A stretch of 64,000 nt of DNA from Eukaryota sp. TZLM1-RC. Its lineage: Eukaryota; Protista; Metamonada: BaSk clade. Under the pieces are notes generated by a model. The model was not told where the DNA came from. It saw only the letters and a list, made by a program, of their open reading frames with translations, and made no database searches. Numbering within the stretch: the first letter of the stretch is position 1; each line of letters begins with the position of its first letter. Shown piece by piece: positions 1 to 11,360 of the stretch. Location of the stretch: NCBI GenBank assembly GCA_040285825.1, contig JAUPSS010000005.1:1178001-1242000 (forward strand), in the 5' to 3' direction. The position numbers were made by a program, and so were the translations under genes.

Positions 1-357
1 GAATTCAAACATTTTCTGTTTTTTATGGAAAACCAATTTTACATATCTACAGAAATATCTTCTTATATTTATCGTCATCACCCAAAAATAATGCTCGGAA
101 ATGAATAAAGTGTTACAATTAAAGGAATGATTTGGAGCAATTTTTGGCCCACATTTGCAAATCAAATTATGAGGCATGTTATCAGGCCAAACGAAACATC
201 GAAATTCCACTGAAGAAGAAATTATGGTATCTTTTGACAGAAGATTATAAATTTGAGTAATTTAGCAGACAAACACAAAGAGGAACTGTTTTGGCTAAAC
301 CAAATAAGAGAACTTTAGAATTGAAATTTACCCAATCATCAAACAATCTAAACTTCT

Positions 358-3258
358 ATGAACGGCTCTGTCATCAAACTTAATAATGGCTACTACAATG
401 TTATAGAAAAGATTGGTGACGGAGCATATGCTTCTGTTTACAAAGCTTCCAAGGTCACTTCTTCATCTCAATATGCACTCAAGATCATGTCTACCGCGGA
501 TCCTGACAGACAATCTCTCTTCCAACAAGAAATTTCCATGATGAAGCATATTGGCGACCATCCAAACATTGCTTCACTACATGATTCCTACATTGAAACA
601 TCGTCTTCTTCACACAAATACTACCTTCTTCTAGATCTCTGCTCTCCTATTACTTCGTTTACATCACTCTCTACGTCACCTCTACCAGATGCAACACTAC
701 TCCATCTCGTTAAGGATCTCTCACTTTCTCTACACCACCTCCATTCCCTGTCCCCGCCAGTCATCCACAGGGATATCAAGCTCGAAAACACGTTACAACA
801 AGGAAACAGTTTTAAACTCTGTGACTTTGGCTCTGCAACTACATCAATTTTGACTCCTTCATCACGTAAACAACGACTTTTGATTGAATCAGAAGTTTCT
901 AAATTGACAACTCCTGCCTATAGATCACCTGAAATGGTAGATGTTTATAGAAACATTGATATAGGAAAACCCAGTGATATTTGGGCATTTGGGGTTCTTG
1001 TGTATGTTTTCGCTTTCGGCAAGTTTCCTTTTGGTGATGGGAGTAATAAACTGGCAATCATGAATAAGAAGTTGATGTTTCCAAAAGACTTTTCAAGACC
1101 GGAAGTTATTTATGACGTGATTAATGGTTGTCTGGAACGGAATGTCGAGAAACGGTGTTCAGCCAATGACTTGTTAAACATTTTGGGCTTGAGTGAAAAA
1201 GTCGAAGTTCTTCGATGTAGTCATAATTATCCTTTTGATTTTGAAAGTCAAGGAAAGTCTCGTGATGACGTGTCAATAGGTCAAAAAGACACAACTTTTG
1301 ATTTTGCAGTCGGTGATCATGAAGATAATCCTTTTAATTTTGAAAGTCAAGGAAAGTCTCGTGATGACGTGTCAATAGGTCAAAAAGACACAACTTTTGA
1401 TTTTGTAATCGGTGATCATGAAGATAATCCTTTTAATTTTGAAAGTCAAGGAAAGTCTCGTGACGACGTGTCAATAGGTCAAAAAGACACAACTTTTGAT
1501 TTTGCAGTCGGTAATTATGAAGATAATCCTTTTGATTTTGAAAGTCAAGAAAAGTCTCGTGATGACGTGTCAATAGGTCAAAAAGACACAACTTTTGATT
1601 TTGCAGTCGGTGATCATGAAGATAATCCTTTTAATTTTGAAAGTCAAGGAAAGTCTCGTGATGACGTGTCAATAGGTCAAAAAGACACAACTTTTGATTT
1701 TGCAGTCGGTGATCATGAAGATAATCCTTTTAATTTTGAAAGTCAAGGAAAGTCTCGTGATGACGTGTCAATAGGTCAAAAAGACACAACTGTTGATTTT
1801 GCAGTCGGTGATCATGAAGATAATCCTTTTAATTTTGAAAGTCAAGGAAAATCTCGTGACGACGTGTCAATAGGTCAAAAAGACACAACTTTTGATGACT
1901 TTTTTGGAGAATGTAATTCTGTAGAAACTGGAACCAAATCTGGTCACTTTGATAGCTTTGAGCCCTCATTTTTTGGACCTCCTACGCCCTCAAAACCATC
2001 AAAAACGTCATCATTTGATTGTTTTGATCACCCAGAACCAATCAAACCTCAAAAGAAAGTTCCATTGTTTTTCCAAAATGATTTTATTGACAAGTTACAA
2101 TCAGATTCACATGAAATTCAGCTCACAGTGAGTAGAGAACCTTCGCCAGAGTTACAATCAAAAGATCAATCAAAGCATCAATCAAGTGACGTGAGCTCAC
2201 GGTCACAGTCCATTTCCCATCAATTTACTAAACGAAAACTCTCATTATGTGGTAAAGAGGATTCAGTCGATCATCATTTATCTCATATCACGTCATCCTC
2301 ACGGTCAGTTTCCGATATTGCCGGTTCTTTATTATCTGTATTCTCAAAACAAGGAACTGTTAGATCTAGTATAATTAAAGCCACAGATTCTTCAAGTAAT
2401 TCGCCTAAATGTAAACATATCAGAAGCATTATTATAGGTTTATACGAAAACCCCATTCAAAACCCATTTCAATTTATTCTTTCTAGAATTAGTAATAATA
2501 AAGATTCCGAGGTTATTTGCCTCAAAAGCTTGTATTTGTGCATGTATCTCCTTCAGGAAGGTCCCCGGGATTCTACGAAGAAGTTGAGAGAAGTCTTTGA
2601 TACTTTTGAGACTAGCATGGCTTCAAATTGGGATGCTTTGTTGAAGTTTATCGAACAAATGCTCTCGTTTAGGCTTAAGGAGGGATGTTTCTTGGAAGGG
2701 AATCTGTCTCTAGACACTATTATTAAGACCACATGTGTTAGAAACCAGCATAAACTAAAGAGTTTGAGGTACAAACCATTAGAGAAATGGATGGAGGTGT
2801 ACCAGATTGTAAGTGAGAAACTTGGTTCTTCATTCCTTTTGGATTGTGCTGTTTATCTTAATGGGATCTTGGAATCTGTGATGACGATCTTTAATCTTGT
2901 TCAAATGGCAACGTATCCTTATCTGCACGAAAGACTTGTCTATGAGGTTAATAGCATTTTACAACTTGTTGTTTTTTGCTTATGTTCTCATGGATGTTGT
3001 CAAGAAGTCGGTTCAAATGTACGGGAATCTCTGCATTCATCTTTGTCCTTGCTCTCCACACTTGCTACTGAACCAACAACACTTGAATTGTGTGATGCAC
3101 TTGAGCAATGTTTAAGGTTCAACGCTCCCTCACAGTACAAGGAACTTGCTTCAAATTTGCAAGTAAGACCCAATCAGTCATTGGACGCAGACATTAGGGT
3201 GGCTGCAGTTCGTGATTGTGTATATCTTAGTGTTGATAAGTATAAGTGTAATAAATAA
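358..3258 (+). CDS. NAK-family (AAK1/GAK/Ark1-like) Ser/Thr kinase with NPF tandem repeats and C-terminal ANTH-like domain
   Basis: Kinase motifs GDGAYASVY, ALK, HRDIKLEN, LCDFGSAT, TTPAYRSPEMVDVY, DIWAFG (NAK-type activation segment); central 33-aa repeats; IIKATD...PKCKHIRSII...LKSLYLCMYLLQEGP resembles ANTH/ENTH helices. Confidence 0.88.
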   Translation: MNGSVIKLNNGYYNVIEKIGDGAYASVYKASKVTSSSQYALKIMSTADPDRQSLFQQEISMMKHIGDHPNIASLHDSYIETSSSSHKYYLLLDLCSPITSFTSLSTSPLPDATLLHLVKDLSLSLHHLHSLSPPVIHRDIKLENTLQQGNSFKLCDFGSATTSILTPSSRKQRLLIESEVSKLTTPAYRSPEMVDVYRNIDIGKPSDIWAFGVLVYVFAFGKFPFGDGSNKLAIMNKKLMFPKDFSRPEVIYDVINGCLERNVEKRCSANDLLNILGLSEKVEVLRCSHNYPFDFESQGKSRDDVSIGQKDTTFDFAVGDHEDNPFNFESQGKSRDDVSIGQKDTTFDFVIGDHEDNPFNFESQGKSRDDVSIGQKDTTFDFAVGNYEDNPFDFESQEKSRDDVSIGQKDTTFDFAVGDHEDNPFNFESQGKSRDDVSIGQKDTTFDFAVGDHEDNPFNFESQGKSRDDVSIGQKDTTVDFAVGDHEDNPFNFESQGKSRDDVSIGQKDTTFDDFFGECNSVETGTKSGHFDSFEPSFFGPPTPSKPSKTSSFDCFDHPEPIKPQKKVPLFFQNDFIDKLQSDSHEIQLTVSREPSPELQSKDQSKHQSSDVSSRSQSISHQFTKRKLSLCGKEDSVDHHLSHITSSSRSVSDIAGSLLSVFSKQGTVRSSIIKATDSSSNSPKCKHIRSIIIGLYENPIQNPFQFILSRISNNKDSEVICLKSLYLCMYLLQEGPRDSTKKLREVFDTFETSMASNWDALLKFIEQMLSFRLKEGCFLEGNLSLDTIIKTTCVRNQHKLKSLRYKPLEKWMEVYQIVSEKLGSSFLLDCAVYLNGILESVMTIFNLVQMATYPYLHERLVYEVNSILQLVVFCLCSHGCCQEVGSNVRESLHSSLSLLSTLATEPTTLELCDALEQCLRFNAPSQYKELASNLQVRPNQSLDADIRVAAVRDCVYLSVDKYKCNK
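1228..1896 (+). repeat. 99-bp (33-aa) coding tandem repeat, ~6.7 copies, unit DNPFNFESQGKSRDDVSIGQKDTTFDFAVGDHE
   Basis: Near-identical units recur every 99 nt (starts near 1231, 1330, 1429, 1528, 1627, 1726, 1825). Confidence 0.97.
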
Positions 3259-3341
3259 CGTAATTCATATTGTATTGATAGCACAGCTGAAAGGGGAATT
3301 TAGATACAAAATAATACAAGAGAGAGGTTATAACTACAATG

Positions 3342-3654
3342 CTACTGGGCTTCTACGTTCATCTGTTGAAGTGACTGACGAAGCTCGTCATTTTGGCGCT
3401 TCAAGTCTTCATTTTCAGTACGAAGGGCATCAACATCAGATGAATCCGAAGGACCTGACGACGCCTCCAAATACTGACGGAGATACTCTAGGCCGTTGAC
3501 GGGACGGTCAGTTTCTTCATAAAGCGCAACTAACGCCTTGGTCAGAGTGTCTATGATACCACACTTCTCGAGGTACTTGCGGAACTCTTCTTTTTTAGCG
3601 TCGGGGGTCTAAGATGGGCAAGAAGAGAACCTAACATACTGCAAAGGAAGACAT
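3342..3654 (-). CDS. MYCBP: c-Myc-binding protein (MYCBP/AMY-1) homologue, 93 aa; exons 3654-3640 and 3608-3342
   Basis: Manual translation MSSFA|TPDAKKEEFRKYLEKCGIIDTLTKALVALYEETDRPVNGLEYLRQYL...EAQ* matches the MYCBP core (FRxYLEKxG..DTLTK.LV.LYEE); 31-nt intron GTATGT...TTAG at 3639-3609 joins the exons in frame. Absent from the ORF track. Confidence 0.92.
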
Positions 3655-3707
3655 TAAGTTTGTGCAAGTTGACTTGGTGAAAATATACTTCAGATAAATC
3701 TCTCAAA

Positions 3708-4211
3708 ATGGATGCTCTTCGTGTCTCTGGAATCTTTGTTGCTGATGGCTCTGACGTCTTACATTGTCGCTACTTCGGAAACCTACTTCAATTAGGTGCT
3801 TCTACACATCGTGATCTTGAAAATAAAATATGCTCTCAGGTGGACGAAAGTGTTGCCATAATCGATGATTACATTGTCTGTAGACAGAAAGAGGGCGATC
3901 TCATAGCATTCATCATTGGGGATCTTAACTGTTGTGAGGTCATTTTACGTAACGCACTTGCTACTCTTTTTGATGCATTTGACGGTTCTCCATTACAGTC
4001 CTTCACAAGAGACGTGTTTGAGCAACACCTCTCATATTTCATTATTGCAGTAGATGAACTTTTTGATGATGGTTATGTCTTTGAAACATCTGCTGCTTCT
4101 TTAAAGAAGAAGATACAAGTCAAATCTGATTTACTACCATTGATTGACATGTCTATAGGAGATGTGTTTTCCAAAGCAAAAACATCATTTCTTCGCTCCT
4201 TGCTCCAGTGA
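3708..4211 (+). CDS. COPZ: Coatomer subunit zeta (sigma/zeta longin family)
   Basis: 167 aa; IAVDELFDDGYVFETS and C-terminal SIGDVFSKAKTSFLRSLL match the zeta-COP pattern (LAVDEIVDGGVILE...SAKEQIKWSLL). Confidence 0.85.
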   Translation: MDALRVSGIFVADGSDVLHCRYFGNLLQLGASTHRDLENKICSQVDESVAIIDDYIVCRQKEGDLIAFIIGDLNCCEVILRNALATLFDAFDGSPLQSFTRDVFEQHLSYFIIAVDELFDDGYVFETSAASLKKKIQVKSDLLPLIDMSIGDVFSKAKTSFLRSLLQ

Positions 4212-4658
4212 TTTGTGTAGATTTCCAATAATAAACTTGGTATTTTACAGTCTGTTCTGTTTTTAATCATGGTTTAGTCTTATTTTGGGAATTTGGTAAT
4301 ATTCTTTGCCCAAATAAAAAACTGAAATTTAATGAAATTATGCAAAGTACTACACTGGGAAATGAAACAGCAAATGGGTTATCTAGAATATAATGAATAT
4401 AATTACATGTATTACAAGTATTTAAAAGTTTTTCATGCTAATTCTTCACAGATGGTTTTCAGTGTGCATTTCTGAATAAGCTGTTTTCAATAAGTTGCAG
4501 CCATTCCAGATTCAATGTTATATAATTAACATATAATTTTGTTGGTAGTCAAAATTAGTTTATAAGAAGACGTCAATTTATAACATTGCACCACAACAGA
4601 AAGTGCATATACCAAAGAATTAATTTTAAAAACGATTCAATTTAAAAGGATTCAATCG

Positions 4659-5892
4659 ATGACTTCTGCAGCATCAACAACCACAAGTCCTGAACTTCTT
4701 AGAAGTAGTTCCTCCAAATGGACCAATTGGTTTATCCGTACTAAATCTGCAGCCGTTCTTGTCGCAATAGTTGGTGGTTGTGTTGCTGCAGGACACTTTG
4801 GGGTAATGCTTCTCAATACCATCATTCAGGGTACATCTCTTCCTACACATTCTCAACCCAGCCCTACTCTTTCATGAACTTATCTCTCTCCGTCAACACG
4901 ATCGCCAATCTGATCGATCTAGTCATCGATCAGACGAAGAAGACCATGAAACTGCTGAGATCGTCAATCTCCAACCCTGGTACCAATGGGCTTGGTTCGC
5001 ATTAGCCCATTATCTCGTGACTGGTCTTGTCCTGTTCTCCCGCTTTTCCCTTGATGAATCCATGGGTACGATCTTCACCTTCCTAATGCGCTACCACATG
5101 CTGATCTCCTTCCTCGCTGCATGCTTCCTCTTCGTGTACTTCATCGCTACCCTCACACCACCATACTGGCCTAAGATCAAGTCTTTGTTCTGGACTTTGA
5201 TTGTTATTCTCCTCATTTATGGAACCACTGGACCGATCCTTTCACCATTAATGGACGGTCTTTTCTGGTACATCTTCCCAACCATCCTCATTGCCATCAA
5301 CGATACCGCAGCATATATTTCAGGATTTTTCTTTGGAAAACACCAACTATGTCAGATTTCACCAAAGAAAACGATAGAGGGTGCTCTTGGTGCTTTCATT
5401 GTTACCATTATTGTTTCCTACTTCCTCGCCGGCTGGATGAGTAATTTTCCCTTTGTTGTGTGTCCCAAATCAGAGCTCTCACTAACCCCACTAGTGGAGT
5501 GTTCCCCTGATCCTGTTTTCTTGCTGAAAAAATACACAATACCATATTTAAATTACGAATTTGTCACCAAACCTATTCAATTACATGGTCTATTTTATGG
5601 CCTTTTCGCATCATCTATCGCTCCTTTTGGCGGACTTTTTGCTTCTGCTATCAAAAGAGCACTCAAAATTAAAGATTTTTCCGCCCTTATCCCAGGTCAT
5701 GGAGGTGTTGCTGATAGAGTTGATTGCCAGGTGTTTATGTTGTTGTTTTCTACAGTTTGGTATTCAACCTTTATCAAACCTTATAATGTTTCTTACATTT
5801 CTTATTACTCACAGTATTTACCAATGAAGGAACAGGTGGCTTTGTTTGAGATTTTACAGCGTAGGCTTAGAGCTGGTGGTTATCCAGTTTAA
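4659..5892 (+). CDS. CDS1: Phosphatidate cytidylyltransferase (CDP-DAG synthase); exons 4659-4830 and 4862-5892
   Basis: NDTAAYISGFFFGKH, ISPKKTIEG, APFGGLFASAIKRALKIKDF..IPGHGGVADRVDCQ signature; 31-nt intron GTACAT...CCCAG (4831-4861) joins ORFs 4659 and 5017 in frame (IIQ|ALLFHEL). Confidence 0.93.
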
Positions 5893-5984
5893 TTATGAAT
5901 AATAATGTGTAAAAGATATTACTTTGAAAAATAAAAAATAAAATTCAGTTTGAATTAGAGTCAAAAGATCATAATATATACCAC

Positions 5985-6340
5985 ATATAGGGAACAATTA
6001 TCCAAATTATGCAAACAAAAATGATCCAACAGCATGCAAAAAAATTTGTATCTTTGGTTCACTTGCTCCGACTGTCTCAAGTTTTGTGGTAATTTTGAAC
6101 AATTTGTTAAATACAACCATTGAAACCTCTTCAAAGAATATTTTGCCAAAACCAAATATTTGCCAAATATTTTGCCAAAACAGTATGGGGTTTTCTATTT
6201 TTAAGTGAATGATGAAGTTGGTCTCTGATGCACAACTTTCTCTTGGGTCTTACTATCAAAGAGTTGCATCTAGTTGTTATGTATTGGTAAAAATAGATCA
6301 TCTTGATGTTGATTTATCGTTTGTTTAATAAATATATTGA
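5985..6340 (+). mobile_element. Degraded 3' end of RLE non-LTR retrotransposon (family B)
   Basis: Nucleotide similarity to 12830-13420 (tttggttcacttgc...gagttgcatctagt...gatgttgatttat) ending in aataaa. Confidence 0.75.
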
Positions 6341-6819
6341 ATAAATTATGGAATTTTAAAGTAAAAATTTCTGAATCATGACATTGAAGTAAAAGGCAAG
6401 TCAAGTCTTAGGACAAAATTTGCTGCTTTTGTACTATTTAGTTAAATAGTGCTTCAGTTTAAAATGCACAATAGGAAGAAATCTGTTTGAAACACATAAG
6501 TCGTTCATTTATACTGTTAACAATTAATTCAAATAAAAAATTCTGTAATTATAGATGACTGAAGTGTGTGTAGGACATCCCTTTGTCAAGATTGTTTGCC
6601 ACAACTTCAAATGCTGCTCTACAAACAAATAATGATTTTGCAACACTGATTCCCCATAGATCAATAACAAAGAACCGAAAGGCGTGAGTAGCAATGTCAG
6701 CTACTTCCTACAACCTTTAAAATTGCAAATAAGTTGGCCTAAAAAAGTTAAGATAGGTTGTATAAAAAGACTCATTTACAACAAAAAACAGTTTTGGAAC
6801 ATTTGGTTGAATTGGTTTA

Positions 6820-6910
6820 ATGATCAAGATTTTGTAGAGGAAATCTTGGTTCCATGAATTTTGTCGCATTAGTTATGAGTTAATTTTATTAAGTGTGCAA
6901 GATTAAAAAA
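6820..6910 (+). mobile_element. Short 3'-terminal fragment of non-LTR family A
   Basis: atcaagattttgtagaggaaatcttggtt...aagtgtgcaa equals the reverse complement of 13900-13980. Confidence 0.8.
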
Positions 6911-7787
6911 ATAGTTTAATGAAAGTTATAAATTGGAAAACAAAAATTAGCAAAAAAGTGTACTTAACTGGAAAAAATCTACCACCATCAATCAAATAAT
7001 AAATCAAGAACATAAATGAATATAGACTTTGAGATTTCGGCAAATGCTGACAACATCAAGCTCACTTCAACATATACAATAATTCGAATTATGTTGATCT
7101 TCTTGCACTTTGATGACGTGATATGATGTGATACTTTCCTAAACTGGCAGGTCACGTTTAGCTAAGGCTGACAGAATGCTGTTATCAAAAATGTTTGACT
7201 TTTTTTGGATTGACGTTTTAATAATACTATAAATTTGAATTATGTATGTAGATAATACACATTGTTAACTTCTAATAGTGGGTTATCAATTTCAGGAGAA
7301 CAAGCAAATGCCGTAGGATGCAAGAAACAATGGCGAGAAAACAGTCAGATTAATAATTCTTAGACGAATGCTTGGTTCAATGAATTTTTCCGATAAATGT
7401 TCATAGCATTGTGATAATTTTTGTAGTTTACTAACATACGTTTGTTACTCTGACAGCTTGGAAGAACCTCACGTAGATGAAACCTCATGTACATGGTGGA
7501 AAATATCGAAAAATATACTGTGAGAAACTTCTGATTCATTTCGAGGAATAGGAATCAAATGCAGTATATGCGAAGTTTAGTAAAATATAAATGATAGAAC
7601 CACATCTCTTGGAAGAAATTTTGGATAGCTAGCATAACCTTAACGAGGCAGAAAACAGAATTTTGGTTGAACCATAATAACCACTTTTAATATCTTGTTG
7701 AACAATTGTTGTAGTTGTACTATCATTACACTATCTATTTGTTTCAGCTCGAGATATTTGTCAGATTTGAATGTTTTACTTACATAG

Positions 7788-8033
7788 TTTATCAAAGACA
7801 AACGTCACTATGAGTGTGATCCGATGTTTTACTGAATTCAGTATGTTCAAAAACAATTTTGAAAACTATCCAATTGTTTGCTTTATAGAATTACCACAAA
7901 AATTTTGTATAATAACCTGTTGTACAATAACAGTTTCTCAAAGAATAAAATTATTACAAAATTCAACTCTAATCAATGGTCTGTTACAAATGGAAATGTG
8001 GTCTTAATTAAATTTTTTAAGTTAGAACTATGA
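7788..8033. repeat. ~245-bp dispersed repeat, copy 1 (copy 2 at 17214-17463)
   Basis: Colinear match from ttatcaaagacaa through atcaatggtctgttacaaatggaaatgtggtcttaattaaa to aactatgat. Confidence 0.85.
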
Positions 8034-8750
8034 TTCATTATTATTTTCTAAAAACGAACCCAAATAACGAATGTCACCAATTGAATATTATTTGGCTTGA
8101 ATTTCAATACCATCAACTATTGTGGAAACTGGAAAATTCGAAAACGAAACACATTTGAATAAATTAAGTCGGAGACCAATTCTGGTAAATAATTCTTTAA
8201 ATCAAACAGTTGCTTGTTTCACAATATTTAAATCACCAATAAGCACAACATCATCCATATATGCAATCATTTTTAGTGAAGGAAACATCTCTTGAATTTG
8301 CAGTAGAATAGGATGAATGGCCAAACAAAACAAAAGAGGTCCTAACGGATCTCCTTGCTTTACGCCACTTGATGAACTCAAAATGTTGTTACCAAAATGT
8401 AAATTAGAATATGTGCAATATGTTGATTGAAAATACGGTATTAATTCCGGCATATATTGCAATAAAACACCATGGATACTGCGAAGACTGAGTGAATTGA
8501 ATGAATTGCTAAAAACCAATGACATACAAACATCGGATTCATTTTTTTCTGAAATAATGCATCTGAAGCAAATATCGCTGATAAACTTCATCAGTGGTAT
8601 TAATTCCATATTGAAAGCGTAATAAATTCTTTTTTGCTTTTTCATTGAACCTGCTTTAGCAACACGCAGAAAAATAGAAAAAATGAAAAAACAACTTCAT
8701 TTTGAAATTTCTTGAATTACTATAGGGAGACATCATTGCCCTAATTCAGG
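8034..8750 (-). mobile_element. Family A non-LTR retrotransposon RT fragment
   Basis: SSGVKQGDPLGPLLFCLAIHP...AYMDD; near-identical to 15360-16050. Confidence 0.92.
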
Positions 8751-9700
8751 AGCTAATGTTGACACTTTTTTCCGTCAGTTAGCCTATTTGTGGTTTCAAC
8801 ATTTTCGGCAAAATGATATTGTCTAGGAAATTCAAAAACAAAATTTTTCCCACCACCAATCAATGATTTTGTCAATTGCGTTGAAGAATTAATACCAACA
8901 CCGCCAAGTTGAACATCATAAAAAATTTGATTCTTCAAAATTGTTGGATCAACAGACATTAAAAAAGCCAAAAATTCTCTACGTATTTTTTTTGAATTGT
9001 CTACAAAAATTGGAAGTTAATGATGGAGGTAACGATCGAACTAAATGGGTATTTTTTAGCATAATATGTTTTCAAAAGAACAAATTTAAGATGCTACTCC
9101 AATTCAAGGGTCTTAATGAATTCAAGATCTTCCTTAATTGAATTCAAATAGTTTTTAAGGCTACCAAACGTCATTTCAGTAAAACCTATTAAAAGCCAAG
9201 TAATCAGAAATTAGTTGAGGTATAATCAATTAATGGTACCTTCGGGGAATTGATTCTTAATTTAAAATTATTTTTAGAAATATAAAAAATATTTTTCAAC
9301 ATAGTGGCAGTCTCAGAATTTGAAACAGTTTTACTGCCGTCTTCACATTTTTTATATTATTTTATGACCAAGTTGTTTATCACACGACAAACAACGATGA
9401 GCATTGTTCGAGTTTTTTTGGTTTTTCCGGCAAATTGGTCGTTGTTTGAATTCATTTTTTTAGAAAAATGTCGAGCATAACTGGGGGGGGGGATGGAAGT
9501 GAACGGGATGAGCTTGATCTGATGGGTAGAATCTCTACCTCGGCGTTTTAGTCCGTATCAGAGTCACTGTTGGTTAGCGACATCTCTTTGGCAAAGAACA
9601 GAAGAAATTTGAGTCCTTGACAGAAAGTGAGATAACGGAAGGTTGACCAAGGGAGGGAGAAACAAACTTCTCCTTTTAATCACTTTTCAGAAACTTCTGC
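8751..9700 (-). mobile_element. Deleted non-LTR remnant (post-RT segment plus probable 5' end)
   Basis: LGGVGINS...GGGKNFVFEF motif shared with other copies; 9490-9665 is homologous to 52133-52300. Confidence 0.6.
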
Positions 9701-10089
9701 AATATTCTTACCCAAACTCTAAACAAACTCTTTCATACCCTTTGACAGGAGGATTGGTCAACTTAGCAAAAAAAAGACTGCAACTCTAACGACCTCTGGT
9801 ATTGATTGGAAATTGTAGTTTTCAATAACTGTGGTGATTAATGTGTTGTTGAATCCAAAGTTGAAGAAAATCAATAAGTTCCTTTTCATTCAGTCAAAAA
9901 AGGCAATGTTGTAAGTGATACACTTTGATTCTTCGTATATTTAAAACGGTTCTGATTTAGTGCTGAGCTAATTCGTACTTAAGTCTATCACATTTGTCGT
10001 TTGTTTAATGTTGGCAGTAGTAAGTATTGTTTAATCAAAAAGCACAAAAAATTCATCCATGATTAAAAGCCATTTGATTATATCTAGAA

Positions 10090-11360
10090 AATGATTTGTT
10101 TACAATTAGAAACTAATCCTAACACCAAACCTTCTTCCAAAATTTCAGCAACTTGGTAACTAATATTATTATCGGGTAACCAAAGCACTTCAAGACCACT
10201 ATTAACCTCTCAAACTTCACTCAAAGCAGCAGCTTCTTGATTACTACATTTACTTCGACGAAGGTGAAGCTCAACCAATGAACTATTTGATTGCAACGCT
10301 TTAGCAAAGTATCGAATACCAACATCACCAATTCTGCTATCAAATAATTGAGCTCTTTTATCGCAAAATTAATTTTCAAAGCCTCAGCTATTGCTTTAGA
10401 ACCAATATGGTTGAATTTGTTCGAGGTACAACCAAGTACTTCCAATTTTGAATTTGTCTTAAAGGCTTGAGCAAATGCACATACTCCATACTTATCATTA
10501 ATATAGTTATTAATAAGGCAAAGCATTTTCACATGCTGATTATCTTTAAGACAAACAGCAATTGTTATAATTCGTTCATCCATCGTATGGCGATTCTGAA
10601 AACGTAAATCCACTTCACTTTAGTCACCATCAATAGCTCCTTTGAAGTCTTGTAGTAATAAATCATAATGGACGTTTGTAAATATTTCATCTTCCAAATT
10701 ATGTTCATTTGATTGAGTATTTCGTTCACGATGATCAATTTTAGCTTAATTTTCGGCTTCTTTTAAGTTCATTAGTCAGCTGAATGAAACCTTGTTTTTC
10801 GTTATTAAGTCAATTAATTTCTGTTTTTGCTCTTGATTCGTGTGAATTAAAGTATATTTTTCTCCATTTAATTCTTGGTTTTGTTGGCTTAATTTTTGAT
10901 TTTCATTATATATTCTTTCGATTTCTTCATCCTTTTTGCTTCATTTAGAGAATGCTTTGGTCAATATTTAAATTTGAAACGTCAATAATGACAAAATTTT
11001 CTCAATCAATCAAAATTTTAATGTGTTGACCAATATTTGGCCTGTTTGATGGGTGAGCAGAAAAACAAACATTGATCAAATTTACTAAAAAAATGTTTCT
11101 CTGCACGATCAACGAGATCTTTTTGTAACATCTTTGCAGAGCATGGATGCTTGGCTAGGTGGAGAACTTCACGTGAGAAAAGAGAAGGAACTGGAAGGGA
11201 GGACTTGGTATGTTCCATGACAGTGTCGATCTTATCATCAAAGTGAGTGATGCCTAAAACACGAAGGATGCCAGGGCATGGTTTTTAAAAAAATTACCGA
11301 TATTCCCTGAAAACCAGTTCATTTAGGAAGGAAGGGATATGCTCAGTTTCAGTACATTAA
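10090..11360 (-). pseudogene. Disrupted kinase-fragment / coiled-coil / RI-type leucine-rich-repeat gene
   Basis: PGILRVLGITHFDDKIDTVMEH (kinase subdomain IV-V-like) near 11210-11280; LRR units (NYINDKYGVCAFAQAFKTNSKLEVL; NHIGSKAIAEALKINFAIKEL) in 10221-10613; multiple stops and frameshifts. Confidence 0.7.

Noticed and set aside
1228-1896. Regular repeats resembling a CRISPR array
   Set aside because: No unique spacers; in-frame 99-bp coding units inside a eukaryotic kinase
3212-3499. 95-aa + strand ORF
   Set aside because: Antisense to the MYCBP exon, which has the recognisable protein
358-5892. Functional cluster of membrane-trafficking and lipid genes
   Set aside because: Four neighbouring housekeeping genes on both strands; no evidence beyond chance adjacency
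7280-7620. LIILDEC-like Walker B or DDE remnant
   Set aside because: Needs a frameshift and has no supporting motifs
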